Part shown: positions 18,946 through 29,760 of the stretch, one piece after another | Layout of the letters: each line of letters begins with the position of its first letter | How positions within the stretch are numbered: the first letter of the stretch is position 1 | Source of the DNA: Rickettsiales bacterium | Lineage (GTDB): Bacteria; Pseudomonadota; Alphaproteobacteria; Rickettsiales; UBA3002 | Assembly (NCBI GenBank): GCA_037968615.1 | Contig: JBBKVX010000017.1 | Span: 9,266-73,265, forward strand | DNA length: 64,000 bases | Direction: 5' to 3' | The notes under the pieces: generated by a model | Told to the model about the DNA's origin: nothing | Database searches by the model: none | What the model saw: only the letters and a program-made list of their open reading frames with translations | Translations under genes and position numbers: made by a program

Positions 18946-19935
18946 ATGAGTGAGATTACCCGCATCCACCCGAGCGACCCATTGGTGCTACCGGCCCTTA
19001 AGGCCGCGCGCGCCCAATTCGACGCCGATTTTACCTCGGCCCTTGCGGCAAGCGATGCGGCGTTCGCAGCCGACCCGCATGCCAAGGAGCGCGGCTACGC
19101 GCTGGGTCCCAAGCAGGAAGAGATTCCCCCGCGCGAGGAATTCGAGGATGTGTATTATTATGCTTGCGACGTGCTGGATGCCCTGCAGGATACATTGCAC
19201 ATGATGCGCGATTCGGAAGACCAGCAGATGCTGGTGCTGAACGCGCTGTGCGGCGTGTATCGTGAAACCTTGCTGGGCGAAACCAACGAAGAGCATTTCG
19301 GCGTGATGGCCGATTTTTATAAAATCTGGCAAAAGGAATATGCCGCGTTGCAGGCGGACGACACGAAGATCGATCGCCAGTTTACCGCCGAATATGGAAT
19401 GGGCGATCTGTTCAGCCTTACCGACATCTATATGGAGGTGGCGGACAAGAACGACTCCGCGTTGGCTTCGCTGTTATTGGCACGGCAGGAGAAAGCAGGC
19501 GTCGCCCCCACGCATCGCATTACACATTTCCAATCCTACGCGATGGAGGAATTTGCTGCGCAGCGTGGGATAAGCTACGAGCAGTGCGAACCCGAAGATT
19601 TCTATACGTTCAAATGCCAATTGCTGGACGAGTTGCTGGCCCCGTTCAAAGCGAGCCTGCCGGGGGAAAGCTGCCCCGAAATGGCCTATCTGGTGGCCAC
19701 AGCAGGCACGCGTGCATTGCGCGGCGTCGTAAGGCCTAAACAGGCGCTCGCTGCCGATAACGACAACCAGCCAATGTTCGGCCCTGAGCTGAACCAGCCT
19801 AAAATGATCCATGATGTATGCGCCGCGCTGAAACCGCTCACCCGCCAGCATACCGACCTCGCCCACGACCCGCTGCAACTGCTGGAAGTGATGATCAACC
19901 AGATGGCGCCGGGCAAAGAAAAGGGGCGCTTATGA
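18946..19935 (+). CDS. Hypothetical acidic helical protein (paralog 1)
   Basis: 329-aa ORF between miaA and ilvB; C-terminal third resembles the next ORF. Confidence 0.75.
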   Translation: MSEITRIHPSDPLVLPALKAARAQFDADFTSALAASDAAFAADPHAKERGYALGPKQEEIPPREEFEDVYYYACDVLDALQDTLHMMRDSEDQQMLVLNALCGVYRETLLGETNEEHFGVMADFYKIWQKEYAALQADDTKIDRQFTAEYGMGDLFSLTDIYMEVADKNDSALASLLLARQEKAGVAPTHRITHFQSYAMEEFAAQRGISYEQCEPEDFYTFKCQLLDELLAPFKASLPGESCPEMAYLVATAGTRALRGVVRPKQALAADNDNQPMFGPELNQPKMIHDVCAALKPLTRQHTDLAHDPLQLLEVMINQMAPGKEKGRL

Positions 19936-20936
19936 GTGGGCAGGTTACGGAGAATTACCTGAACGTGGACCCGGCATTCGTGGCTGCGCTGGACAGCACG
20001 TTGCGTACGGTAGAATTGCATCTCGATGAGGTGCAGCATTTTATGCGCACGACAAAAAGCGAGCATCCGGAAATCCAACGCGGCACCATGCTGAATTTGG
20101 TGAAAGAGAACCGCCGTACGCGCTATCTTGACGACATGGACATCGAGGAGCGACGGGCGATGCTGCGGATCGCGCGCGACAAAATATGCGATTCGATGCA
20201 GAAAGCCACCACTCCGAAAGAACGCGCGCTGGCATTGATCGAGATCGTGCAGGGCGGCCTGCATGGCAGCGTGTTCCTGGGCAATGATTTTGAGATGTGG
20301 CGCATTGTCGATCATTGGCTGGAAGATGCGCGCGCCGAGTTTTTGCGCACGGCGCCGCCAACGGCGATGCGCGCTTACAAACCCGCGCTGGAAGCCTGCA
20401 GCCGCTATGCTGAAATGACCGAAATGGCGCATGGCGCTTTGCGTGAAATGATCCATGCCGAGCAGCGCAAGCAAGGTGCGGCGCCGCATGAGTTGCGGGA
20501 TACGTGCTACGATTGGGCGGAAGAGCATTTTTATCGGCATTACCCCAGTCGGCGCGACCACGAGCTAACGATGCAGGAAAAATACTGGATCACGGAAAAA
20601 TCGAAGGGCTTGCTGGAAGGATTATTTGAACCCTACAGCGAAGGCCTGAGCGGATATATTGCGCCCGAAATGGCGGCATTCATCGTGCTGACGGCCGACC
20701 GGCATGCACAAAAGCTGGAGCCAGAAGCCCGCGCGCAGGCACGCGCCGAAGCCCTTCCCGCCGCCAACGATAACACGATGGTGCTGGCCCATGAAGTGCT
20801 CCGCCGCACGAACGGCACGCTCTCGACTTTGCTGGAAAAACACCCAGATGCTGCGCTGAGTGCGGAAGGACTGCTGGAGGCATGGAATGCACTTGATCGC
20901 CAGATGGCTCCGGCCAAAGCCGAGCGGCACCGTTGA
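19932..20936 (+). CDS. Hypothetical helical protein (paralog 2)
   Basis: ATGA-coupled to the previous gene (start MSGQVTEN); shares PEMA, ANDN and QMAPxK motifs. Confidence 0.75.
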   Translation: MSGQVTENYLNVDPAFVAALDSTLRTVELHLDEVQHFMRTTKSEHPEIQRGTMLNLVKENRRTRYLDDMDIEERRAMLRIARDKICDSMQKATTPKERALALIEIVQGGLHGSVFLGNDFEMWRIVDHWLEDARAEFLRTAPPTAMRAYKPALEACSRYAEMTEMAHGALREMIHAEQRKQGAAPHELRDTCYDWAEEHFYRHYPSRRDHELTMQEKYWITEKSKGLLEGLFEPYSEGLSGYIAPEMAAFIVLTADRHAQKLEPEARAQARAEALPAANDNTMVLAHEVLRRTNGTLSTLLEKHPDAALSAEGLLEAWNALDRQMAPAKAERHR

Positions 20937-20937
20937 A

Positions 20938-20982
20938 CTAAACGATTTTAGGCTTGCAAAGTTCGTTTAGATAACCTAAATA
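20938..20982 (+). promoter_or_regulatory. ilvB promoter with palindromic operator
   Basis: -35 TTGCAA (20954), 17-bp spacer, -10 TAAATA (20977); TTTAG-N5-CTAAA palindrome at 20966-20980; CTAAA-N4-TTTAG at 20938-20951. Confidence 0.6.
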
Positions 20983-20991
20983 CCCCGCCTT

Positions 20992-22974
20992 ATGGACACG
21001 AAAGAACGCATCATTGCCAAGTTCGGCGGCACCAACCATGTGGCCGATATCTGTGGCGTTACACCGGGCGCGGTGTCGCAATGGGAACTGGTTCCCGCCC
21101 GCCACCAAATGACGCTGCTGGCGGAAGCCAAGCGACTGAACATTCCGCTGAAGGCGGATGAGTTTCACGGCGCCAAGGCCAGCCCCGCCGCGCGCGACAG
21201 CCGCAAAACAGATGCCCCCGCGACCAAAGCCGGACGCGAGATGAGCGGTGCGGAAATCATCATTCAGTCGATGCTCGATAATGGCACCGACGTGGTGTTT
21301 GGCTATCCCGGCGGCGCGGTGTTGCCGGTGTACGATGCGTTGTTCAAACAAAACAAACTGCGCCATATTCTGGTGCGCCACGAACAGGGCGCAGGCCATG
21401 CGGCGGAGGGATACGCCCGCTCCACCGGCAAGGTGGGCGTAGTGATGGTGACTTCGGGTCCCGGCGCCACCAACATGGTGACGGCGCTGGCCGACGCGCT
21501 GATGGATTCGATTCCGCTAGTATGCATTACCGGCCAGGTGCCGACGCATCTGATCGGTTCCGATGCGTTCCAAGAGGCCGATATTGTCGGCATCACGCGT
21601 TCGGCCACCAAGCACAACTACCTCGTGAAGGACGTGAACGATCTCGGCCGCATTTTGCACGAAGCCTACCACGTGGCCGTGACCGGCCGCCCCGGCCCCG
21701 TGCTGGTGGATGTGCCCAAGGACGTGCTGAACAGCATTGGCCAATATTATGGCAAACCCTCGACGCATCGCCAGAGCTACAAGCCGGTGAAAAAGCCCGA
21801 TATGCGCATGGTGGAGCGCGCGGTGGATTTGATGGCGCGCGCGAAAAAGCCGCTGTTTTTCGTGGGTGGCGGTGTGGTGAATGCCGGGCCGAAAGCCTGC
21901 GAAAGCTTAGGCAAACTGGTGCGTATGACGGGCTATCCCGTCACCACCACGCTGATGGGCCTTGGCGCCTATCCCGGCCGCGACCCGCTGTTCCTCGGCA
22001 TGCCGGGCATGCATGGCTCGCTGGAAGCCAACATGTGCATGAGCGAATGCGACGTGATGATCAATCTTGGCGCGCGGTTCGACGACCGGGTGACGGGGCG
22101 GTTGGACGCGTTCTCGGTGGGGTCGAAAAAGATCCATGTCGATATCGACGCCAGCTCCATCAACAAGATCGTGCCGGTGGAAATTCCCATTGTTGGCGAT
22201 GCGGGCGAGGTCATCGATATGATGATCGCGCTGTGGAAGAAAAAGAAATACGCCGCGCAAAAAGAAGCGCTGGCGAAATGGTGGAAACAGGTGGATGGCT
22301 GGCGCGCGCGCGACAGTTTCGGCTATAAGCAAGTGGGCCGCCACATTAAGCCGCAGCACGCGCTGCGTCAGCTTAACAAGGCGCTTGAGAAAAAAGATTT
22401 CTACATCACCACCGATGTTGGCCAGCACCAGATGTGGGCCGCGCAACATATCCTCTACGACAAGCCGAACCGCTGGATGACCTCGGGCGGACTGGGCACA
22501 ATGGGCTACGGTTTCCCCGCCGCCATCGGCGTGCAGATCGCGCATATGAAAGCGCCAGTCGTGTGCGTCACGGGCGAGTCGTCGTTCATGATGTGCATTC
22601 AGGAACTGAGCACAGCGGTGCAGTACCGTTTGCCGGTGAAGATCATGATCCTCAACAACCAGTATATGGGCATGGTGCGCCAGTGGCAGGAGATGTTCTA
22701 CAGCTCGCGCTATTCGGAGAGCTACATGGACAGCCTGCCCGATTTCGTGAAATGCGCCGAGGCCTTCGGCATGAAAGGCATCCGTTGCAAAGACCCGGCC
22801 AAGCTCGACGATGCTATCCGGGAAATGATGGCCCATCCCGGCCCGGTGCTGTTCGATTGCTGGGTGGACCCGAACGAGAACGTGTATCCGATGATCCCCG
22901 CCGGCGCGGCGCATCATGAATTGGTGCTGGGGCCCGAAGAAGCGGCACCGGTGCTGGATAAGAACAGGGTTTGA
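20992..22974 (+). CDS. ilvB: Acetolactate synthase large subunit with N-terminal Cro-like HTH extension
   Basis: FGYPGG, RHEQGAGH, TSGPGATN, DVGQHQMW and ThDP-site GESSFMM...LNNQYMGMVRQWQ motifs; about 80 extra N-terminal residues. Confidence 0.95.
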   Translation: MDTKERIIAKFGGTNHVADICGVTPGAVSQWELVPARHQMTLLAEAKRLNIPLKADEFHGAKASPAARDSRKTDAPATKAGREMSGAEIIIQSMLDNGTDVVFGYPGGAVLPVYDALFKQNKLRHILVRHEQGAGHAAEGYARSTGKVGVVMVTSGPGATNMVTALADALMDSIPLVCITGQVPTHLIGSDAFQEADIVGITRSATKHNYLVKDVNDLGRILHEAYHVAVTGRPGPVLVDVPKDVLNSIGQYYGKPSTHRQSYKPVKKPDMRMVERAVDLMARAKKPLFFVGGGVVNAGPKACESLGKLVRMTGYPVTTTLMGLGAYPGRDPLFLGMPGMHGSLEANMCMSECDVMINLGARFDDRVTGRLDAFSVGSKKIHVDIDASSINKIVPVEIPIVGDAGEVIDMMIALWKKKKYAAQKEALAKWWKQVDGWRARDSFGYKQVGRHIKPQHALRQLNKALEKKDFYITTDVGQHQMWAAQHILYDKPNRWMTSGGLGTMGYGFPAAIGVQIAHMKAPVVCVTGESSFMMCIQELSTAVQYRLPVKIMILNNQYMGMVRQWQEMFYSSRYSESYMDSLPDFVKCAEAFGMKGIRCKDPAKLDDAIREMMAHPGPVLFDCWVDPNENVYPMIPAGAAHHELVLGPEEAAPVLDKNRV

Positions 22975-22975
22975 T

Positions 22976-23524
22976 ATGAGCACAGAAACACTCGATATCG
23001 TCTACGACATCCCCGACGAAAAACCGCTGGAGGATCGCCATATCCTGAGCGTGCTGGTGGATGACGAGTTCGGTGTGCTGAACCGCGTGGTGGGGCTGTT
23101 CTCGGCGCGCGGTTACAACATCGAATCGCTGACCGTGGCCGAGGTCGATCTTAAGCGCAGCTATTCGCGCATCACCGTGGTGACGCGTGGCTCGGCCAGC
23201 AAAATCAAACATATCATCGCGCTGCTTGAGCGCATGGTGCCCGTGCACAAGGTGAACGACCTGACGGTGGAAGGCCCGTTCGTCGAACGCGAGCTGGCGT
23301 TGGTGAAGGTGGTGGGCAAAGGCGACGACCGTGTGGAAGCGCTGCGCATCTCCGGTATTTTCCGTGCCAAGCCGGTCGATACCACGGGCGAGAGCTTCGT
23401 GTTCGAAATCACCGGCACGAGCGAAAAGGTCGATAGCTTCATTAACCTAATGAAACCCATTGGTTTAGTGGAAGTCTGCCGCACCGGCGTTGCTTCGGTG
23501 GCGCGGGGCAAAAAAGGGATTTAA
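22976..23524 (+). CDS. ilvH: Acetolactate synthase small (regulatory) subunit
   Basis: ACT domain GLFSARGYNIESLTV; RELALVKV. Confidence 0.94.
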   Translation: MSTETLDIVYDIPDEKPLEDRHILSVLVDDEFGVLNRVVGLFSARGYNIESLTVAEVDLKRSYSRITVVTRGSASKIKHIIALLERMVPVHKVNDLTVEGPFVERELALVKVVGKGDDRVEALRISGIFRAKPVDTTGESFVFEITGTSEKVDSFINLMKPIGLVEVCRTGVASVARGKKGI

Positions 23525-23552
23525 CGCTTTTCATTCTCAAAAAAACGGCTAA

Positions 23553-24599
<1,047 letters not shown>

Positions 24600-24623
24600 G
24601 CTTCGTCGATTAGTGGTTACGTT

Positions 24624-24651
24624 ACGGGCTCGCTTTGGTGGGCCCGTTTTC
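24624..24651 (+). terminator. Probable intrinsic terminator after ilvC
   Basis: ACGGGCTC...GGGCCCGT hairpin followed by TTT. Confidence 0.5.
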
Positions 24652-24732
24652 GTTTGGGGAGTTGCGAGTCGTTCGCGCTTTTTTTATGGGGGGCGCGGGT
24701 GTATGAAGGGAAATCAAATGAAGGAGATTCCC

Positions 24733-25200
24733 ATGGCCGACGCACTCGATACCAAAGCCGTCATCAAGGCGCTGAACGCAATTTTGGAGGCCGAACTGGC
24801 GGGCGTGGTGAAGTACACGCACTATTCGCTGATGGTGTTCGGCTACAATCGTATCCCCATTGTGTCGTGGCTGCGCGAGCAGGCGAACGAATCGCTGACC
24901 CATGCACAACAGGCGGGCGAGCTTATCACGCATTTTGGCGGCCACCCGTCGCTCGGCATCGGTAAATTGCTGGAATCGCACAACCATGATATCGGCGACA
25001 TCCTGCGTGAATCGCTGGCGCATGAGCAGACGGCGTTGCTGAGCTACCGGGACCTGCTTGCCATCGTCGAAGGCAAATCGGTGATGCTGGAAGAATACGC
25101 GCGCGGCCTCATCCTGCAGGAAGAGATGCATCTGGGCGAAGTGGACAAAATGCTCCGCAAGCCGGGCTCGACGGAAGTGTTCGGCCATAGCGACGTTTAG
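24733..25200 (+). CDS. Ferritin-like / bacterioferritin-family di-iron protein
   Basis: AAGGAG RBS; four-helix pattern with EAEL, ESLTH, HEQ and EEMH di-iron ligands. Confidence 0.8.
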   Translation: MADALDTKAVIKALNAILEAELAGVVKYTHYSLMVFGYNRIPIVSWLREQANESLTHAQQAGELITHFGGHPSLGIGKLLESHNHDIGDILRESLAHEQTALLSYRDLLAIVEGKSVMLEEYARGLILQEEMHLGEVDKMLRKPGSTEVFGHSDV

Positions 25201-25263
25201 TGGTTTAGGCTTGCGGTAAGGCATCTCCGGGGCTAGAAATTCTCCTCTTTTCAGGAGACTCCC

Positions 25264-26802
25264 ATGGCCGACAACCGCATCATTATTTTCGACACGACCT
25301 TGCGTGACGGCGAGCAATCGCCGGGCATGAGCATGACGCGGGAGGAAAAACTCCTCGTGGCGGAAGTGCTGGATGGCATGGGCATCGATGTGATCGAGGC
25401 CGGATTCGCTATGGCGAGCGACGGCGATTTCGAAGCGGTGAAGGCGATTGCGGAACAGGCGAAGAACGCCGTGATCTGTTCGTTGGCGCGTGCGAAGGAA
25501 GCCGACATCCGCCGTGCGGCTGAAGCACTGAAGCCGGCCAAGCAAGCGCGCATCCATACGTTCATGAGCACGTCGGAAATCCACCTGACGCACCAGTTTA
25601 AAATGACGCAGGAGCAGGCGCTGGAGGTGATTAAAAACGCCGTGGTGCTGGCGCGTTCGTTTACCGATAACGTGGAATGGTCGGCGATGGACGCGACGCG
25701 TTCTGACCTCGATTTCCTGTGCCGTGCGGTGGAGCTGGCGATCGCCAGCGGCGCGAACACCATCAACCTCCCGGACACGGTGGGCTACGGCACGCCGGAA
25801 ACCATTTCGCATATGTTCAAAACGGTGATGGGCAAGGTGCCCAACGCCGACAAAGCAGTGTTCAGCTTCCATGGCCAGAACGATCTGGGCTTGGCGTCGG
25901 CCAACTCGCTGGCGGCGGTGAAAGCCGGTGCGCGACAAATCGAATGCACCATCAACGGCATCGGCGAGCGCGCGGGCAATACGGCGCTGGAAGAGGTGGT
26001 GATGGCGCTGAACGTGCGCCGCGACCAGTACGGCGTGACCAACAATGTGAACACCAAACATCTGATGCGCGCCTCGCGCCTCGTGACGCAGGTGACCGGT
26101 CAGCCGGTGCAGGTGAACAAAGCCATCGTGGGCGCGAACGCGTTCGCGCATGAAAGCGGCAACCACCAGGACGGCATGCTGAAAAACCGCGACACGTACG
26201 AGATCATGACGCCGGAATCGGTGGGCGTGACCAAAACCAACCTGGTGATGGGCAAACATTCGGGCCGCGCCGCGTTCAAGGACAAGCTGAGCGAACTGGG
26301 CGTGACGCTGGGCGACAACCAGTTGGAAGACGCGTTCGTGCGCTTCAAAACGCTGGCCGATAAAAAGAAAGAGATCTTCGACGAGGACATCCTCGCGCTG
26401 GTCGATACCGACGCGCCGGACGAGCGTTTCGCCTTCGACAACATGCAGATCGAATGCGGCACCGACGGCCCGCAAATGGCGCGCATCGGCCTGATGATCG
26501 ACGGCAAATTACGCACCACTAAAAAAGAGGGCGCAGGCCCGGTGGACGCCATGTTCAAAGGCATCAAATCGCTGGTACTCGACGCGGCAGATGCCGAGCT
26601 GAAACTGTATCAGGTGCACGCCATCACTGGCGGCACCGACGCGCAGGCGGAAGTTAGCGTGCGGTTGGAGAGCGACGGCAAAATGGTGACGGGCCATGGG
26701 GCGGACATCGATACGCTGGTGGCCTCCGCCAAGGCGTATGTGAATGCGTTGAACAAGCTGGATCGCCTGCGTCCCCGCCTCGCCCTCACCGACCAGCAAT
26801 AG
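25264..26802 (+). CDS. leuA: 2-isopropylmalate synthase
   Basis: FDTTLRDGEQSPG, PDTVGY, HGQNDLG, GIGERAGN motifs; C-terminal regulatory domain. Confidence 0.95.
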   Translation: MADNRIIIFDTTLRDGEQSPGMSMTREEKLLVAEVLDGMGIDVIEAGFAMASDGDFEAVKAIAEQAKNAVICSLARAKEADIRRAAEALKPAKQARIHTFMSTSEIHLTHQFKMTQEQALEVIKNAVVLARSFTDNVEWSAMDATRSDLDFLCRAVELAIASGANTINLPDTVGYGTPETISHMFKTVMGKVPNADKAVFSFHGQNDLGLASANSLAAVKAGARQIECTINGIGERAGNTALEEVVMALNVRRDQYGVTNNVNTKHLMRASRLVTQVTGQPVQVNKAIVGANAFAHESGNHQDGMLKNRDTYEIMTPESVGVTKTNLVMGKHSGRAAFKDKLSELGVTLGDNQLEDAFVRFKTLADKKKEIFDEDILALVDTDAPDERFAFDNMQIECGTDGPQMARIGLMIDGKLRTTKKEGAGPVDAMFKGIKSLVLDAADAELKLYQVHAITGGTDAQAEVSVRLESDGKMVTGHGADIDTLVASAKAYVNALNKLDRLRPRLALTDQQ

Positions 26803-26855
26803 GGCGGCCTGAAAACCGATCCTCTGCGTCGTCGCATCGCTTTTCGTGACCGCCC
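26802..26855. repeat. Palindromic element family A, short copy
   Basis: GGGCGGCCTGAAAACCGATCCTCTGCGTCGT...TTTTCGTGACCGCCC begins at the leuA stop. Confidence 0.6.
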
Positions 26856-26951
26856 GCTAGCGCGGGAAGAATAAGATTAGAAAGAACCGTGTATCGGGTG
26901 TGGGTTAGGTGCAGTTTGGCCTTGCCAGCCTTATGCCCGGGGCTAAGGTAG

Positions 26952-28028
<1,077 letters not shown>

Positions 28029-28125
28029 GCGGCGTTCTCACCGTGCTCGAATCCTCACGTAGCGAGGCTGCGCAGCGGTTCTGCGCGCGGCACGTCGCTG
28101 CACATAAGAGTGATTCCACGCCGCC
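28029..28125. repeat. Palindromic element family A (RPE1-like core)
   Basis: Core GCTCGAATCCTCACGTAGCG...GCGGTTCTGCGCGC is shared with 29084-29126. Confidence 0.7.
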
Positions 28126-28210
28126 ATCGCTTTATTAAATCGTCAAACGACGATGGGTGAGCCGCAAGAAAAAGCTTGTGGGCCTTTCGCGGGAGGCGCA
28201 TAATTTTTGT

Positions 28211-29041
28211 ATGTCGCGTGAACGTTATTCGTATGCTGCCAGCCAGACCTCGTCCCGCCCGCTGATCCAGCGGGGGCTAATCGTGCTGTTGCTGATCACG
28301 GGAGTGACGCTGCTGGTATTGGCGAAATCGCAGCACCCAGCGGCCAACCGCATGCGCGCGCAATCGCTGGAACTTTTGCACCCGGTTTTGTCGGTGGTGT
28401 CGCAGCCCGTGTCGGCGGTAAAATCCTTCATTACCTCCATCGCGGCGCATGGCCGCACGCTGGAAGATAATCGCCGCCTGATGGGCGAGAACGATCGTTT
28501 GCGCCATTGGCAATCGGTGGCCATGGCGATGAAGGCCGAGAACCAGGCGCTGCGTAAACTCATGGGCTACAAGCCCGCCGATAACGTGACCTACACCACG
28601 GCGCGCGTGGTCGGGCAAAGCCCAGCCAGCTACAGCAACACGCTGATGATCAATGCCGGAACCGAGCAGGGCCTGAAGGATTTGCAGCCGGTGGTGGACA
28701 GTTATGGGCTGATCGGGCGGGTGATCGATGCGGCGGCGGATACCAGCCGCGTGCTGCTTCTTTCCGACATCAGTTCGCGCGTGCCGGTCATTACCGGCAG
28801 CACGCGGCAGCACGCCATTCTCAGCGGCACGGGAGGTGATTTATTGCGCCTCAGTTTCCTGACGGTGGAGCAGGACGATATCCAGCTTGGCGAGCAGGTG
28901 GTGACGACGGAAGAGGGTGGGCTGATTCCCGGCGGCATTATGGTGGGCAGCATTTTCCGTAAGGATAAGGCGGGGTATATGATCAAGCCGATTCGCCCAC
29001 TGACTCAATCCGAATACGTCCGAATCATGATGCTCAACTAA
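28211..29041 (+). CDS. mreC: Rod shape-determining protein MreC
   Basis: N-terminal TM, coiled coil (ENQALRKL), GLIGRV; operon position. Confidence 0.92.
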   Translation: MSRERYSYAASQTSSRPLIQRGLIVLLLITGVTLLVLAKSQHPAANRMRAQSLELLHPVLSVVSQPVSAVKSFITSIAAHGRTLEDNRRLMGENDRLRHWQSVAMAMKAENQALRKLMGYKPADNVTYTTARVVGQSPASYSNTLMINAGTEQGLKDLQPVVDSYGLIGRVIDAAADTSRVLLLSDISSRVPVITGSTRQHAILSGTGGDLLRLSFLTVEQDDIQLGEQVVTTEEGGLIPGGIMVGSIFRKDKAGYMIKPIRPLTQSEYVRIMMLN

Positions 29042-29044
29042 AAG

Positions 29045-29162
29045 GGCGGCGTCAAAACGGACCATCTGCGTCGTCCTCGCCGCGCTCGATCCTCACGTAG
29101 CGATGCTACGCTGCGGTTCTGCGCGCGACGACTCCTAGCACCTGGCCCATTTTGACGCCGCC
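29045..29162. repeat. Palindromic element family A (RPE1-like / MITE-like), full copy
   Basis: 13-bp perfect terminal inverted repeat GGCGGCGTCAAAA/TTTTGACGCCGCC with an internal hairpin core. Confidence 0.8.
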
Positions 29163-29225
29163 TGCTGTGCGGATTTGTAAGAAAGAATTTACTTCCACTA
29201 TACTAGCCACTAGCCCTAGGCACTT

Positions 29226-29720
29226 ATGAACCTTGCTGACCGATTCATCCTGCTGCTGCCCGGCGCTTTGGCGATGCTTTTCGCGTTGCTGGGGGCCGTG
29301 CCGATGGAGATCGGGGACGTGACGGTAACGCCCAACGCGGCGTGGCTGATGACCATTGCATTGGCGGCCCTGTATCCGCCCGCTTGGGGGTTCTGGTTCG
29401 CGTTCGCACTGGGGCTGATTCAGGATATTCTCTACGGCACGCCGCTTGGTGCGCAGGCGCTGCTGGCGTTGCTGCTGTGGCTGGCGCTGCGGGCGCGTCC
29501 GGCGCGGGTGGCGCATCCGCTGTTTCGCGTGGTCTGGGCGGAAGCGGCGCTGCTGATGGTGGTGTGGCACGGGGTGCTGTGGCTGATCATGGCGTGGGTG
29601 AACCCCCATACGACGGCGCTGGTGCCGCTGCTGATCAGCGGGTTGGTGAACGCGTTGTGGTTCCCGCTTTTTTACTGGCCCGCTTTGGCCCTGACGTCGA
29701 TGCTTCCGCAACGCGGCTAG
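29226..29720 (+). CDS. mreD: Rod shape-determining protein MreD
   Basis: Hydrophobic; FALGLIQDILYGTPLG; lies between mreC and mrdA. Confidence 0.88.
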   Translation: MNLADRFILLLPGALAMLFALLGAVPMEIGDVTVTPNAAWLMTIALAALYPPAWGFWFAFALGLIQDILYGTPLGAQALLALLLWLALRARPARVAHPLFRVVWAEAALLMVVWHGVLWLIMAWVNPHTTALVPLLISGLVNALWFPLFYWPALALTSMLPQRG

Positions 29721-29760
29721 TAACTATTGCTGCGGCCGATGTAGCTGCTACTAGTGTCGT

